From IMG/VR virus record IMGVR_UViG_3300045988_076381: DNA of 64,000 nt, one strand, 5' to 3'. Source of the DNA: a virus. The notes under the pieces are model-generated. The model had not been told where the DNA came from. It was given only the letters and a program-made list of their open reading frames with translations, and searched no databases. Position numbers and translations under genes: made by a program. Every line of letters starts with the position of its first letter. The stretch's first letter is position 1. This document shows, piece by piece, positions 56,406 to 64,000 of this stretch.

Positions 56406-56702
56406 AAAGATAGCGATTCCCAGTTTAAAGGAATGCCTCTTACATTGAATGATAGAACAATAAATTGGGTAAATGATTATATTTATGATTCTGGATTAAA
56501 ATTTAAAGACAATCTCTATGTAGTAAAAGGAGATTTACATCAATATGCTATAACAGAATCCAGAAGGTTTCAATATATTTCTGTTCCAAGTTTATATGGA
56601 TCTTCTAATTATATAGCTGCTAATTTTGGGAAGACTAAATGGGGAGTAGGTTTTATGGAAGTATTTAATGACCATGTAACAACTGGAGTAATTAAGGAGT
56701 AA
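56406..56702 (+). CDS. Mre11/SbcD-like metallophosphoesterase, exon 3 of 3
   Basis: KDSDSQFKGMPL...VVKGDLHQYA (GxH motif). Confidence 0.65.
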   Translation, partial: KDSDSQFKGMPLTLNDRTINWVNDYIYDSGLKFKDNLYVVKGDLHQYAITESRRFQYISVPSLYGSSNYIAANFGKTKWGVGFMEVFNDHVTTGVIKE

Positions 56703-57223
56703 TGAAAGGATTTCTTGCAACATTCAGTACAAGAGAATATATTAATATAGATAATATTCAGAAAATAGATACTTATTGTTATAATAATTATAATCTTACT
56801 TCAATATTATCATTTAGAAAATGTAAAGTTAATGAAGATATTGTTTTAGATTGTGGTGTAGATGGATTTTATATAGAATGCTCTCCAGAATTACGTAAGT
56901 TATTTTTAGATACTAAAATGTCTCTTAAAGAATTTTTAGATATCCTTAAATTAGCAACGACTCTAGACGATTATGAGTTATTTATTTGTTGTTTATATTA
57001 TTTTAATAATCCTAGAAGGATAGTAGATCTTGAAGATGGATTAAAATATTTTTTACAGGAGTGTAATTCTAATTCTGATTATATAGATATCTATAAAGAT
57101 ATATATGGAACTTATATAGAAAGTATTCCTCTATATCCATTCTATATAAATTTTAAAGATTTTATTGAAAATAATTACTTAGCTATTAACTTTAATAATA
57201 CGGAATATATATTCGAAAAATAA
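56702..57223 (+). CDS. hypothetical protein (paralogue family, member 1)
   Basis: LKEFLDILKLATTLDDYELFICCLYYFNNP. Confidence 0.55.
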   Translation: MKGFLATFSTREYINIDNIQKIDTYCYNNYNLTSILSFRKCKVNEDIVLDCGVDGFYIECSPELRKLFLDTKMSLKEFLDILKLATTLDDYELFICCLYYFNNPRRIVDLEDGLKYFLQECNSNSDYIDIYKDIYGTYIESIPLYPFYINFKDFIENNYLAINFNNTEYIFEK

Positions 57224-57237
57224 ATACAATAAACACA

Positions 57238-57783
57238 ATGAATGCATTTATATTTTTATCAGAGGATTCTTCTAAAACTCCTATATTATATTTAGATAAT
57301 CCTCAGGAAGTTCGTGAATTTTGTAAGAAAAATGATATCGATTTAAATAGTTATACTGATGCAAATTGGGATCTTACTTATGCTATTGAGGATTCTGATT
57401 ATTCTGTATGTATATCTGATATAACTTCTAAGGAATTTAGAAACTTTTTAAAAGATTACTGCATGAATCTTTGGGATGTAGTAGATTTTATTACATTATC
57501 TAAAAAACTTAATGAATTTGATTTATATATCAGTATTTTATATTATAGTGAGGATTTTATAGAAAATATACTTGAAGAATACCCAAAAGCTCTTAAACGA
57601 TTTATAGGAGCTCTAGAGCTAAATCATAGTACAGAGAGTATTAAAGCTTTAGTAGACCTAGTTTTTAAAGAGAACATAAATACAGATTGTATAAATTATA
57701 TAAATGTAGATGATATATTAAATGATTTGGATATAGTAGAAACTGAAAATTTAAGTTATTTATTTAATCCAAATATACAGTAA
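57238..57783 (+). CDS. hypothetical protein (paralogue family, member 2)
   Basis: LWDVVDFITLSKKLNEFDLYISILYYSEDF. Confidence 0.55.
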   Translation: MNAFIFLSEDSSKTPILYLDNPQEVREFCKKNDIDLNSYTDANWDLTYAIEDSDYSVCISDITSKEFRNFLKDYCMNLWDVVDFITLSKKLNEFDLYISILYYSEDFIENILEEYPKALKRFIGALELNHSTESIKALVDLVFKENINTDCINYINVDDILNDLDIVETENLSYLFNPNIQ

Positions 57784-57787
57784 TTAA

Positions 57788-58345
57788 ATAATAATAAAGG
57801 GATTTATATATAATAGAAATGAGGGAATTGAACATCCTCTAATTTATCTCAATGATGATAACTTTTTTGAGTTTTGCAATAATAATCATATAGATACATC
57901 TTTTAAATTTGAAGAGTGTAAAGATACTTACAAAGGGATAATTTATAATATTCCAAATACACAGTTTTCTGTATGTTTGAATATCGCAGAAAAAGACCTA
58001 AAATACTTAATAATGGATGATTTAACTCCACTTGGTGTTGATATTAAGGAATTAAGAAATATTGTTATTTTTTACAATGATTGTTGGGGAGAAGATGTAG
58101 CTGCATTTATTCTATATCGTGTCCTTGGATGTATAACAAGCCTAGATACAGAAGATTTAGATTATTGTCTAGAACAATATGTAGGAAAAGTATGTGATGA
58201 GGATTATTTTACATTGTTCACAAAGCAACTTAATATAGTTATCGATCCTCTATTAGAGGACTATGTAGATTATAGAAGTTATATTATAGAACACTTTACA
58301 CTAGCAGAATATAAAGATGATATATATGTTTTTAACCTTTATTAA
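57788..58345 (+). CDS. hypothetical protein (paralogue family, member 3), start codon unresolved
   Basis: The open frame from 57788 is homologous to the N-terminus of member 2 but has no ATG, GTG or TTG before TTG 57977. Confidence 0.4.
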   Translation: MIIKGFIYNRNEGIEHPLIYLNDDNFFEFCNNNHIDTSFKFEECKDTYKGIIYNIPNTQFSVCLNIAEKDLKYLIMDDLTPLGVDIKELRNIVIFYNDCWGEDVAAFILYRVLGCITSLDTEDLDYCLEQYVGKVCDEDYFTLFTKQLNIVIDPLLEDYVDYRSYIIEHFTLAEYKDDIYVFNLY

Positions 58346-58384
58346 CATTTAAACTCAGATTTATTTTTATAATTAAATTAGTAT

Positions 58385-59146
58385 ATGGAAGTAACATTAG
58401 AACAATTACTAAAAGGAAAAGCAACACAAATAGGAAAGAAAGAATTCTATTCTACTAAGGATTATATAGATCCCTTTCTTCAATCTATGAGTAAATTTAC
58501 AGATGAATTTATCTGTAAAGTAAAAGAACCAAAACAAATTAGTATTGGTGAAGAGAAAGATGTAATGTATAATAGGGTTTATATTCAAGCAGTTTTACCT
58601 AAAAACTATTGGGAGTATGAAGATCATCAGCAAGTAATATCTTTAATTTATGGATTAGATTGTAAAGTCCCAGTAGTAAAAATTTTTAGAGGAGGGATTA
58701 ATATGGCGTGTTTAAATCTTTGTGTGTTTAATGCTACATATTTAAATACACAAGTATTAGAGCCACAAAAGATGTATGATATTTCTCCCATTAAAAACCT
58801 AATGAATTTAACAGATGATTTAGGAGTTAAGATTAAAAAATTAAAGAATACATTTATATCTAGAGATAAAGTAGATATGACTAATACTCTGGGCAAATGG
58901 GTAGATTTTTGTATTAAATCTGAGTATAAAAGTGATTTCGGAAAAGCTAAATTATCCCCAACTACTGCAATATCTGCATATAAAAATTTAGTTTTAAATC
59001 CCGACTCAGAGTATTATATTCCGGAAGATGAGGAAGTTTCGTTATTTACCGCATATAACGCATTTACTGAATTATTAAGGGATGATAAAGATGTTGTCAA
59101 TCCTTTTGAAAAGAATTTACTTTTAAATAATTTATTTGAAATTTAA
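58385..59146 (+). CDS. DUF3871/DUF932-like protein (putative)
   Basis: RGGINMACLNLCVFN resembles the GFxNmVCxNLC core of that family, from memory. Confidence 0.4.
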   Translation: MEVTLEQLLKGKATQIGKKEFYSTKDYIDPFLQSMSKFTDEFICKVKEPKQISIGEEKDVMYNRVYIQAVLPKNYWEYEDHQQVISLIYGLDCKVPVVKIFRGGINMACLNLCVFNATYLNTQVLEPQKMYDISPIKNLMNLTDDLGVKIKKLKNTFISRDKVDMTNTLGKWVDFCIKSEYKSDFGKAKLSPTTAISAYKNLVLNPDSEYYIPEDEEVSLFTAYNAFTELLRDDKDVVNPFEKNLLLNNLFEI

Positions 59147-59147
59147 T

Positions 59148-59741
59148 ATGTACAATGATCAATCTAATGCTTTAGGAGAATTTATTTTTCAATCTAAATA
59201 TGCTAGATATAATTCTAATCTGAAAAGGAAAGAGACCTTTGAGGAATCTGTAGATAGAATATTACAGATGCATTTAAAACATCTTAAAGATAAATATCCA
59301 GAAGTATTAAATAATGCAGAATTTAATAATGATTTATTAGAAGCTTTTGAGGAGTATAAAAATAAAAATGTTTATGGATCTCAGAGAGCTTTGCAATTCG
59401 GAGGCGATCCTATTTTAAGAAAGAATGAAAAAATCTTCAATTGTTCATATACGTATATAGATAGTCTAGAAAGATTTGAGCAAATTGAGTATTTACTGTT
59501 ATGTGGTTGTGGAGTGGGGTGTTCTGTTGAATATAAACACGTAAATATTCTTCCCATGATGCCTGAAAGACTTAATAGCTCGGTTGAAGAATATGTAATC
59601 GGGGACAGTATTGAAAGTTGGAGTTTAGCTATTGGTAGATTAGTTCAATATTATTTTAATTCTAACGTAACTTATCCTAAGTTTGATTATTCTAAAATTA
59701 GACCTAGTGGAAGTTTAATATCAGGCGGATTTTTGGCACCT
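59148..59741 (+). CDS. ribonucleotide reductase large (catalytic) subunit, exon 1 of 3
   Basis: LLCGCGVGCSV...YSKIRPSGSLISGGFLAP. The ATG at 59148 follows the upstream stop. Confidence 0.8.
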
Positions 59742-60573
59742 AAAATGTCTGGGATTTAATAAAGCGATTTATTATCTAAACTTTCTTAATTGCTGGGAAC
59801 TCCTAAAGCATTTTCTTACTAATTATTAATTTTAAATACTATAGTGACAATGGAAAATGATGTTACAATGGACAATCAGCAGAATTTATCTCTCTTCACT
59901 CCGGTAAAAGGTTATGAAGATTATTATTTAATTAACGAAGATGGAGATGTTTATTCTATTAGAAGTAAGAGATTACTAACTTCTCATTATAAGCATCGAT
60001 ATTGGCAATATGAATTTAATGTAAACGGAAAGGTTACTTATCCACAAAAACATAGATTAGTGGCTTTAACATTTATTCCTAATCCGGACAATAAGCCGTA
60101 TGTGAATCATATTGATGGTAATAGAAATAATAATTATGTATCTAACTTAGAATGGTGTACAGCTAAAGAAAATACGGCTCACGCTAGAAGAGTTGGATTA
60201 ATAACCGATGATGAATATGTAGAATATACTTTATTAAATTCTAATAAAGAGGTATTATACTCTGCTTTCGGATATAAGAAATTTTTACAAAAGACAGGAA
60301 TGTCTGATGGTGTTTTATATAGAAGTAAAAATACAAATAAACCAATAAGTAGAAGGAAATTTAAAGGATGTTATGTTTATGTAAACAGACAGCCTAAAGG
60401 ACGTAAAGAGATATAGATTTTCAACGACTATCCCGAAGGGAGTACATTACAAGCTAATGGTAATGGAAACAGAAAGCATCTCTCGTAGATGTTGATATAG
60501 TCTGATCTTATATGAAAATATAAGCAGTTCATAAGAGAACGCAGTAATTCTTGCGAGATTACTGGAACACTTG
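59742..60573 (+). mobile_element. group I intron (family A) carrying a NUMOD4-HNH endonuclease gene
   Basis: ttcaacgacta at 60420 (R), gatatagtc at 60494 (S), agcagttcataagagaacg near the 3' end, and a terminal G. Removal gives GGFLAP-GPNGL. Confidence 0.8.
59850..60416 (+). CDS. intron-encoded HNH homing endonuclease (NUMOD4 + HNH_3 type)
   Basis: GYEDYYLINEDGDVYS (NUMOD4) and VNHIDGNRNNNYVSNLEWCTAKENTAHA (HNH). Confidence 0.85.
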   Translation: MENDVTMDNQQNLSLFTPVKGYEDYYLINEDGDVYSIRSKRLLTSHYKHRYWQYEFNVNGKVTYPQKHRLVALTFIPNPDNKPYVNHIDGNRNNNYVSNLEWCTAKENTAHARRVGLITDDEYVEYTLLNSNKEVLYSAFGYKKFLQKTGMSDGVLYRSKNTNKPISRRKFKGCYVYVNRQPKGRKEI

Positions 60574-61338
60574 GGACCAAATGGTTTAAGAAATGCTCTA
60601 AATAAAATAGATTCTTTACTAGATAATGTTCATAAAACTACTAGAAAACTCTCTCCACTTAACTGTGCTGATATATTATCACACTGTGCAGACAGTGTAC
60701 TTTCGGGTGGTGTGCGCAGGTCTGCTTTAGCTATATTATTCTCTCCTAATGATGAGGAGATGTATAATTCTAAAGTAGGTAATTGGTTTTATGATAATCC
60801 TCAACGTGGAAGATATAATGCTTCTGTTGCTTTGGAGAGAAGTGATGATAATAAAGAAGTATTTAATAAAATCTTTGAATCTACTAAAGAATATGGAGAA
60901 CCTGGGTTTTTCTTTAGGTCTGATTCTGGTATAGGTTGTAATCCATGCTTCGAGATTGGTTTTAAACCCGTACTAGAAATACAGAAACCTGATGGAGTAT
61001 CTAAACAAACCGGGATACAGTTTTGTAATTTGATCTCTATCTCAGGTAAAGAATCTACAACAGAAGAAAAATTCTATAAACAATGTAAAGCAGCTGCTAC
61101 TATTGGAACAATTCAAGCTACATATAATTCTTTCCCTTTCTTGGGTGAAGTAACAGAGCAATTAGCTAAGAATGATCCATTAATTGGAGTATCTATTAGC
61201 GGGATTATGATGAATCCTGATATATTATTAAATGAAAATATTCTGCGTAAAGGAGCTGAGATTATTAAAGAACAAAATAGCAAAATAGCTAACTTACTAA
61301 GAATTAATCCTGCATCTAGGACTACTTGTATTAAGCCT
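60574..61338 (+). CDS. ribonucleotide reductase large subunit, exon 2 of 3
   Basis: GPNGL...LSGGVRRSA...EYGEPGFFF...CNPCFEI...FCNLISI...TTCIKP. Confidence 0.8.
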
Positions 61339-61607
61339 AAAATATTGGGCATTTAAATAGTAATATTTAAATATAAACACCGTGAATTGCTGGAATGGTT
61401 TATTTCTATATAAACCTAATCAGCAGCCAAGTTAAATCGGGTTCAACGACTATCTAGAAATAGAGTACAGTGTAAGCTAATGACACTGGAAGCGCGGTGC
61501 TCCTATTATTTAAATAGGATGATGATATAGTCTAATCTATATGGTGACATATAGCAGTTCATAAGAGAACGTATATAAGAGTTGCGTCTTATATAGAATA
61601 TATAATG
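61339..61607 (+). mobile_element. group I intron (family A), ORF-less
   Basis: gttcaacgacta at 61441 (R), gatatagtc at 61524 (S), and the same agcagttcataagagaacg block as the first RNR intron. Removal gives TTCIKP-DGNISTL. Confidence 0.8.
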
Positions 61608-62705
61608 GATGGAAATATAAGTACCTTAACTGGAAACACTCCCGGATGTCATGGTCAACATGCGAAAAGATATATCCGGAGAGTTCAGGTTAATAAAGAA
61701 GAAGAAGCAGGTAAAGTATACGCTAAATATAATCCTAAAGCAGTAGTAGAATCTGTTTGGTCTAATAATCATACTGATAATTGTATTATGTTCGCAATAG
61801 AATCGGATGATAACGTTAAAACCAAATCGGAATTACTAGGAATTAAACAATTAGAAGTAATTAAATTACTATATAACAACTGGATTCTTCCAGGAATGGT
61901 AGATCCTACTAATCCTGTATGTAATAATGTATCTAATACTGTTATAGTTCCAAATCAAGATTGGCATAGAGTAAAAGATTGGGTATGGAATAATAAAAAC
62001 TTTATTGCTGGAGTATCATTTATTCCTTCAACTGGAGACATTACTTTTACACAACCTCCATACTCAGAAGTATTTATCCCAGAAGAATTAGTGGAAATGT
62101 ATGGGGACGGAGTAATATTTGCCTCAGGTCTAATCGTAGATGCAGAAAAAACTTTCGGGAATTTGTGGAAAGCTTGTGATACATTTAATTATAAAGGGGA
62201 GAAACTATATTCTACTGTTGAAGATGCTAAAGAATTTATTAAAGAACTTAATGTAGCAGAAGATCCCTCTTATTTAAATAAACCTCATTCTGAATGGGTA
62301 AAAGCTAATTCAATTCAATATAATAATTGGGTTAAAGTATTATCCATATTGGGATATACAGAAGAATTCATAGATGAAATTTTAGATTCTGATATAGAAA
62401 TTCCAATTGCAGAAATTCAGAAGTATTTAGATAAAACAGCATTTACTAATATAAAAAATCTAAATACTAAAAGAGATATAATGCGGAGAATGAAGAAGTT
62501 CGGAGATACATATTTCGGAGAAGATTATAGTACTATGATTGAAGCTCTTAAATATGTACAATTATATCATGATTGGTGTGATATAACTAGAAACTATACT
62601 CCTATCGATTGGACTACAGTTAAATGGAAAAAAGTATTAATTGATGCAGATACAACAGGAGCTCAGGCTTGTTCTGGAGGACAATGTGATATAACTAAAA
62701 TATAA
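61608..62705 (+). CDS. ribonucleotide reductase large subunit, exon 3 of 3
   Basis: DGNISTLTGNTPGCHG... and the C-terminal redox pair CSGGQC; class I versus class II not resolvable by eye. Confidence 0.8.
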   Translation, partial: DGNISTLTGNTPGCHGQHAKRYIRRVQVNKEEEAGKVYAKYNPKAVVESVWSNNHTDNCIMFAIESDDNVKTKSELLGIKQLEVIKLLYNNWILPGMVDPTNPVCNNVSNTVIVPNQDWHRVKDWVWNNKNFIAGVSFIPSTGDITFTQPPYSEVFIPEELVEMYGDGVIFASGLIVDAEKTFGNLWKACDTFNYKGEKLYSTVEDAKEFIKELNVAEDPSYLNKPHSEWVKANSIQYNNWVKVLSILGYTEEFIDEILDSDIEIPIAEIQKYLDKTAFTNIKNLNTKRDIMRRMKKFGDTYFGEDYSTMIEALKYVQLYHDWCDITRNYTPIDWTTVKWKKVLIDADTTGAQACSGGQCDITKI

Positions 62706-62712
62706 TAAGTAT

Positions 62713-62907
62713 ATGAAATATAGAATTACTTATACAGTATCTTGTGATTCTACATTTTATGTAGATATCGATGCAGATAATGAAAAAAAAGCAATAGATA
62801 AATTTAGTTCCGGATACTGGGATTACGATGAAGAAATACTTATAGACTCTTCTTGTTTAGATCCAGAAATAGAAAATATTCAAGTAATAAATGGGGAGGA
62901 TGTTTGA
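62713..62907 (+). CDS. hypothetical protein
   Basis: 64-aa ATG ORF. Confidence 0.45.
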   Translation: MKYRITYTVSCDSTFYVDIDADNEKKAIDKFSSGYWDYDEEILIDSSCLDPEIENIQVINGEDV

Positions 62908-63098
62908 TGAAATATACTATTCACAATTTAAGCAACGGATTGTACTGGGACGATACCTGTGAACTATTTAGAACTGGAGGATTAGTTCCATTATATAATA
63001 CAGAAGATGAAGCTAAAAATGTTATAATTAAAAAAGAATTGAAAGAATGTGAAGTACTTCCAGTTTTATTAATTCCAAATCCTGACGATAATGATTAA
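62907..63098 (+). CDS. hypothetical protein
   Basis: The ATG at 62907 overlaps the upstream stop (TGATGA). The longer track start at 62853 is rejected. Confidence 0.45.
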   Translation: MKYTIHNLSNGLYWDDTCELFRTGGLVPLYNTEDEAKNVIIKKELKECEVLPVLLIPNPDDND

Positions 63099-63276
63099 AT
63101 CTTTTTATGCTATATATAATCCTAAATTATCTAATTATTACAATCCTATAACAAAAGAGTTTGGAGTGTATAATACTAACGCTATTTATAATAAAGATAC
63201 TGCTCTTAAATATATAGATCAAGATGGACTAAAAGGTTGTGAGTTAAAGATTATATATAAATATTTTAAATCATGA
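63091..63276 (+). CDS. hypothetical protein
   Basis: 61-aa ATG ORF. Confidence 0.45.
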   Translation: MIKSFYAIYNPKLSNYYNPITKEFGVYNTNAIYNKDTALKYIDQDGLKGCELKIIYKYFKS

Positions 63277-63572
63277 TATTAAATTTTATATATAATAGTC
63301 TGGAATCTGATATCGATCCTTTCGATATTCTTCCTCCTGATAATGATATAGAGAATTTAAATATAAATTATTATGATATATCATATACTAAGGATAAGAA
63401 AAAGGGAAGAGCTATATTAAATAAATATGCTGCTAGAGAACTTCCAGTATTTGAATTAACAGACGACGACGGGAATTATTTATATTTTTCTTATGCAGAA
63501 AGTAGATTGTATAAATTAACCAAAGAATTTATTATATCTAAAGTAAAAGAATACGAACATAATAAAGAATAA
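63273..63572 (+). CDS. hypothetical protein
   Basis: 99-aa ATG ORF. Confidence 0.5.
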   Translation: MILNFIYNSLESDIDPFDILPPDNDIENLNINYYDISYTKDKKKGRAILNKYAARELPVFELTDDDGNYLYFSYAESRLYKLTKEFIISKVKEYEHNKE

Positions 63573-63585
63573 ATATATTTTATCT

Positions 63586-63840
63586 ATGTTAGCAGAAGAT
63601 CTCAAAATTGGAGATATTATACTTGTAGAAGGAGGAAGTAGTAATTATAATATAGAAATTTTGGATATATCATCACCTAATATTAAATATAGATATACTG
63701 ATTTACCTAAAACTAATAATTGGGCAGACTTTTCTACGTTTAATAAAACTTTTAAAATACTTGAAATATTAAAAGAAGGAGATGGAAAAAGAAAAGGAAA
63801 TAAAACTATAACAGTATCAAAGAAATCTAAGAAAAAATGA
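63586..63840 (+). CDS. hypothetical protein, Lys-rich C-terminus
   Basis: 84-aa ATG ORF. Confidence 0.5.
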   Translation: MLAEDLKIGDIILVEGGSSNYNIEILDISSPNIKYRYTDLPKTNNWADFSTFNKTFKILEILKEGDGKRKGNKTITVSKKSKKK

Positions 63841-64000
63841 AAGTAAAAATATATAATAAATCTAATAACGAACTACCTAAATATAAAACATCTGGGGCAG
63901 CAGGGATGGACGCAAGGGCTAGCTTTAGTAATATTGATCCAAAAGATTTAATTAAATATGGTCCTGTTGTATATACTTTAGATGCGGAAACAAAAAAAAT
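63837..64000 (+). CDS. dut: dUTPase, 5' partial (runs off the window)
   Basis: MKVKIYNKSNNELPKYKTSGAAGMDARA matches dUTPase motifs 1-2 (LPxYxTxGxAGxDL). Confidence 0.8.
   Translation, partial: MKVKIYNKSNNELPKYKTSGAAGMDARASFSNIDPKDLIKYGPVVYTLDAETKK

Noticed and set aside
6267-61352. Antisense or overlapping ORFs in the track: 6267..6482, 8327..8683, 10773..11060, 15786..16046, 21665..21874, 22524..22739, 24760..25092, 26630..26812, 29532..29717, 30511..30696, 31038..31229, 38063..38317, 44131..44406, 46994..47347, 47722..47991, 55392..55592, 56015..56209, 58648..58896, 61113..61352
   Set aside because: Each lies inside a longer ORF, mostly on the opposite strand (29532..29717 is same-strand), and that longer ORF has recognisable motifs or better tiling. 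Their products are low-complexity (Ile, Leu, Ser, Phe-rich), as expected from reading AT-rich coding DNA in the wrong frame.
1-64000. Prophage or lysogeny signatures (integrase, att sites flanking tRNAs), rRNA genes, transposases
   Set aside because: No tyrosine or serine recombinase motifs, no rRNA-like sequence and no terminal inverted repeats of IS type were seen. The tRNAs sit inside phage-like sequence on both sides.

Overview
The window is strongly AT-rich (judged by eye) and densely packed with mostly plus-strand genes. It looks like part of a large dsDNA phage genome. Repeated TAnnTTTG (-7) boxes, sometimes with a TTTG about 20 nt upstream, point to a Bacteroidota host.

Layout:
- 1-7.2 kb: a small divergent early or regulatory block. 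It holds a RepL-like winged-helix gene, an HNH-like gene, a frameshifted T5orf172 gene and a GC-rich foreign-looking gene.
- 7.2-12.4 kb: a dispersed tRNA region. I fold six tRNAs by hand: Met/CAT x2, Cys, Asn, Leu and Gln. There are also three defective tRNA-like elements and long structured spacers.
- 12.4-36 kb: many small ORFs of unknown function. Recognisable genes are RNase H, NMN/NaMN adenylyltransferase plus a SLOG-like protein, ferritin-like, radical SAM, PPP phosphatase, and several paralogue families.
- 36-64 kb: a replication and nucleotide-metabolism module. It contains family B DNA polymerase, a DnaB-like SF4 helicase, a Sak4/AAA_24-like ATPase, an SSB-like protein, a TOPRIM primase, a 5'-nucleotidase, a PD-(D/E)XK nuclease, an Mre11/SbcD-like phosphoesterase, the ribonucleotide reductase large subunit and the start of dUTPase.

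Main finding: the load of self-splicing elements is exceptional.
- I infer eight group I introns in six genes. They fall into two sequence families.
- Their homing-endonuclease genes are intact LAGLIDADG, NUMOD4-HNH or AP2-type, decayed, or absent.
- A radical-SAM gene is broken at its Fe-S cysteine motif by a naturally split intein, with a free-standing HNH gene between the halves (a 'fractured gene').
- Every insertion sits in a catalytic or nucleotide-binding motif.
- Splice junctions are inferred only from reading-frame and motif restoration and conserved intron sequence blocks. None is experimentally verified.

Other leads: a three-gene paralogue array with a conserved SD(I/V)ITNSSSE N-terminal motif next to the radical-SAM gene, an NMNAT-SLOG gene pair, iteron-like repeats, a G10 tract upstream of a tail-fibre-tip-like gene, and several decaying paralogues.
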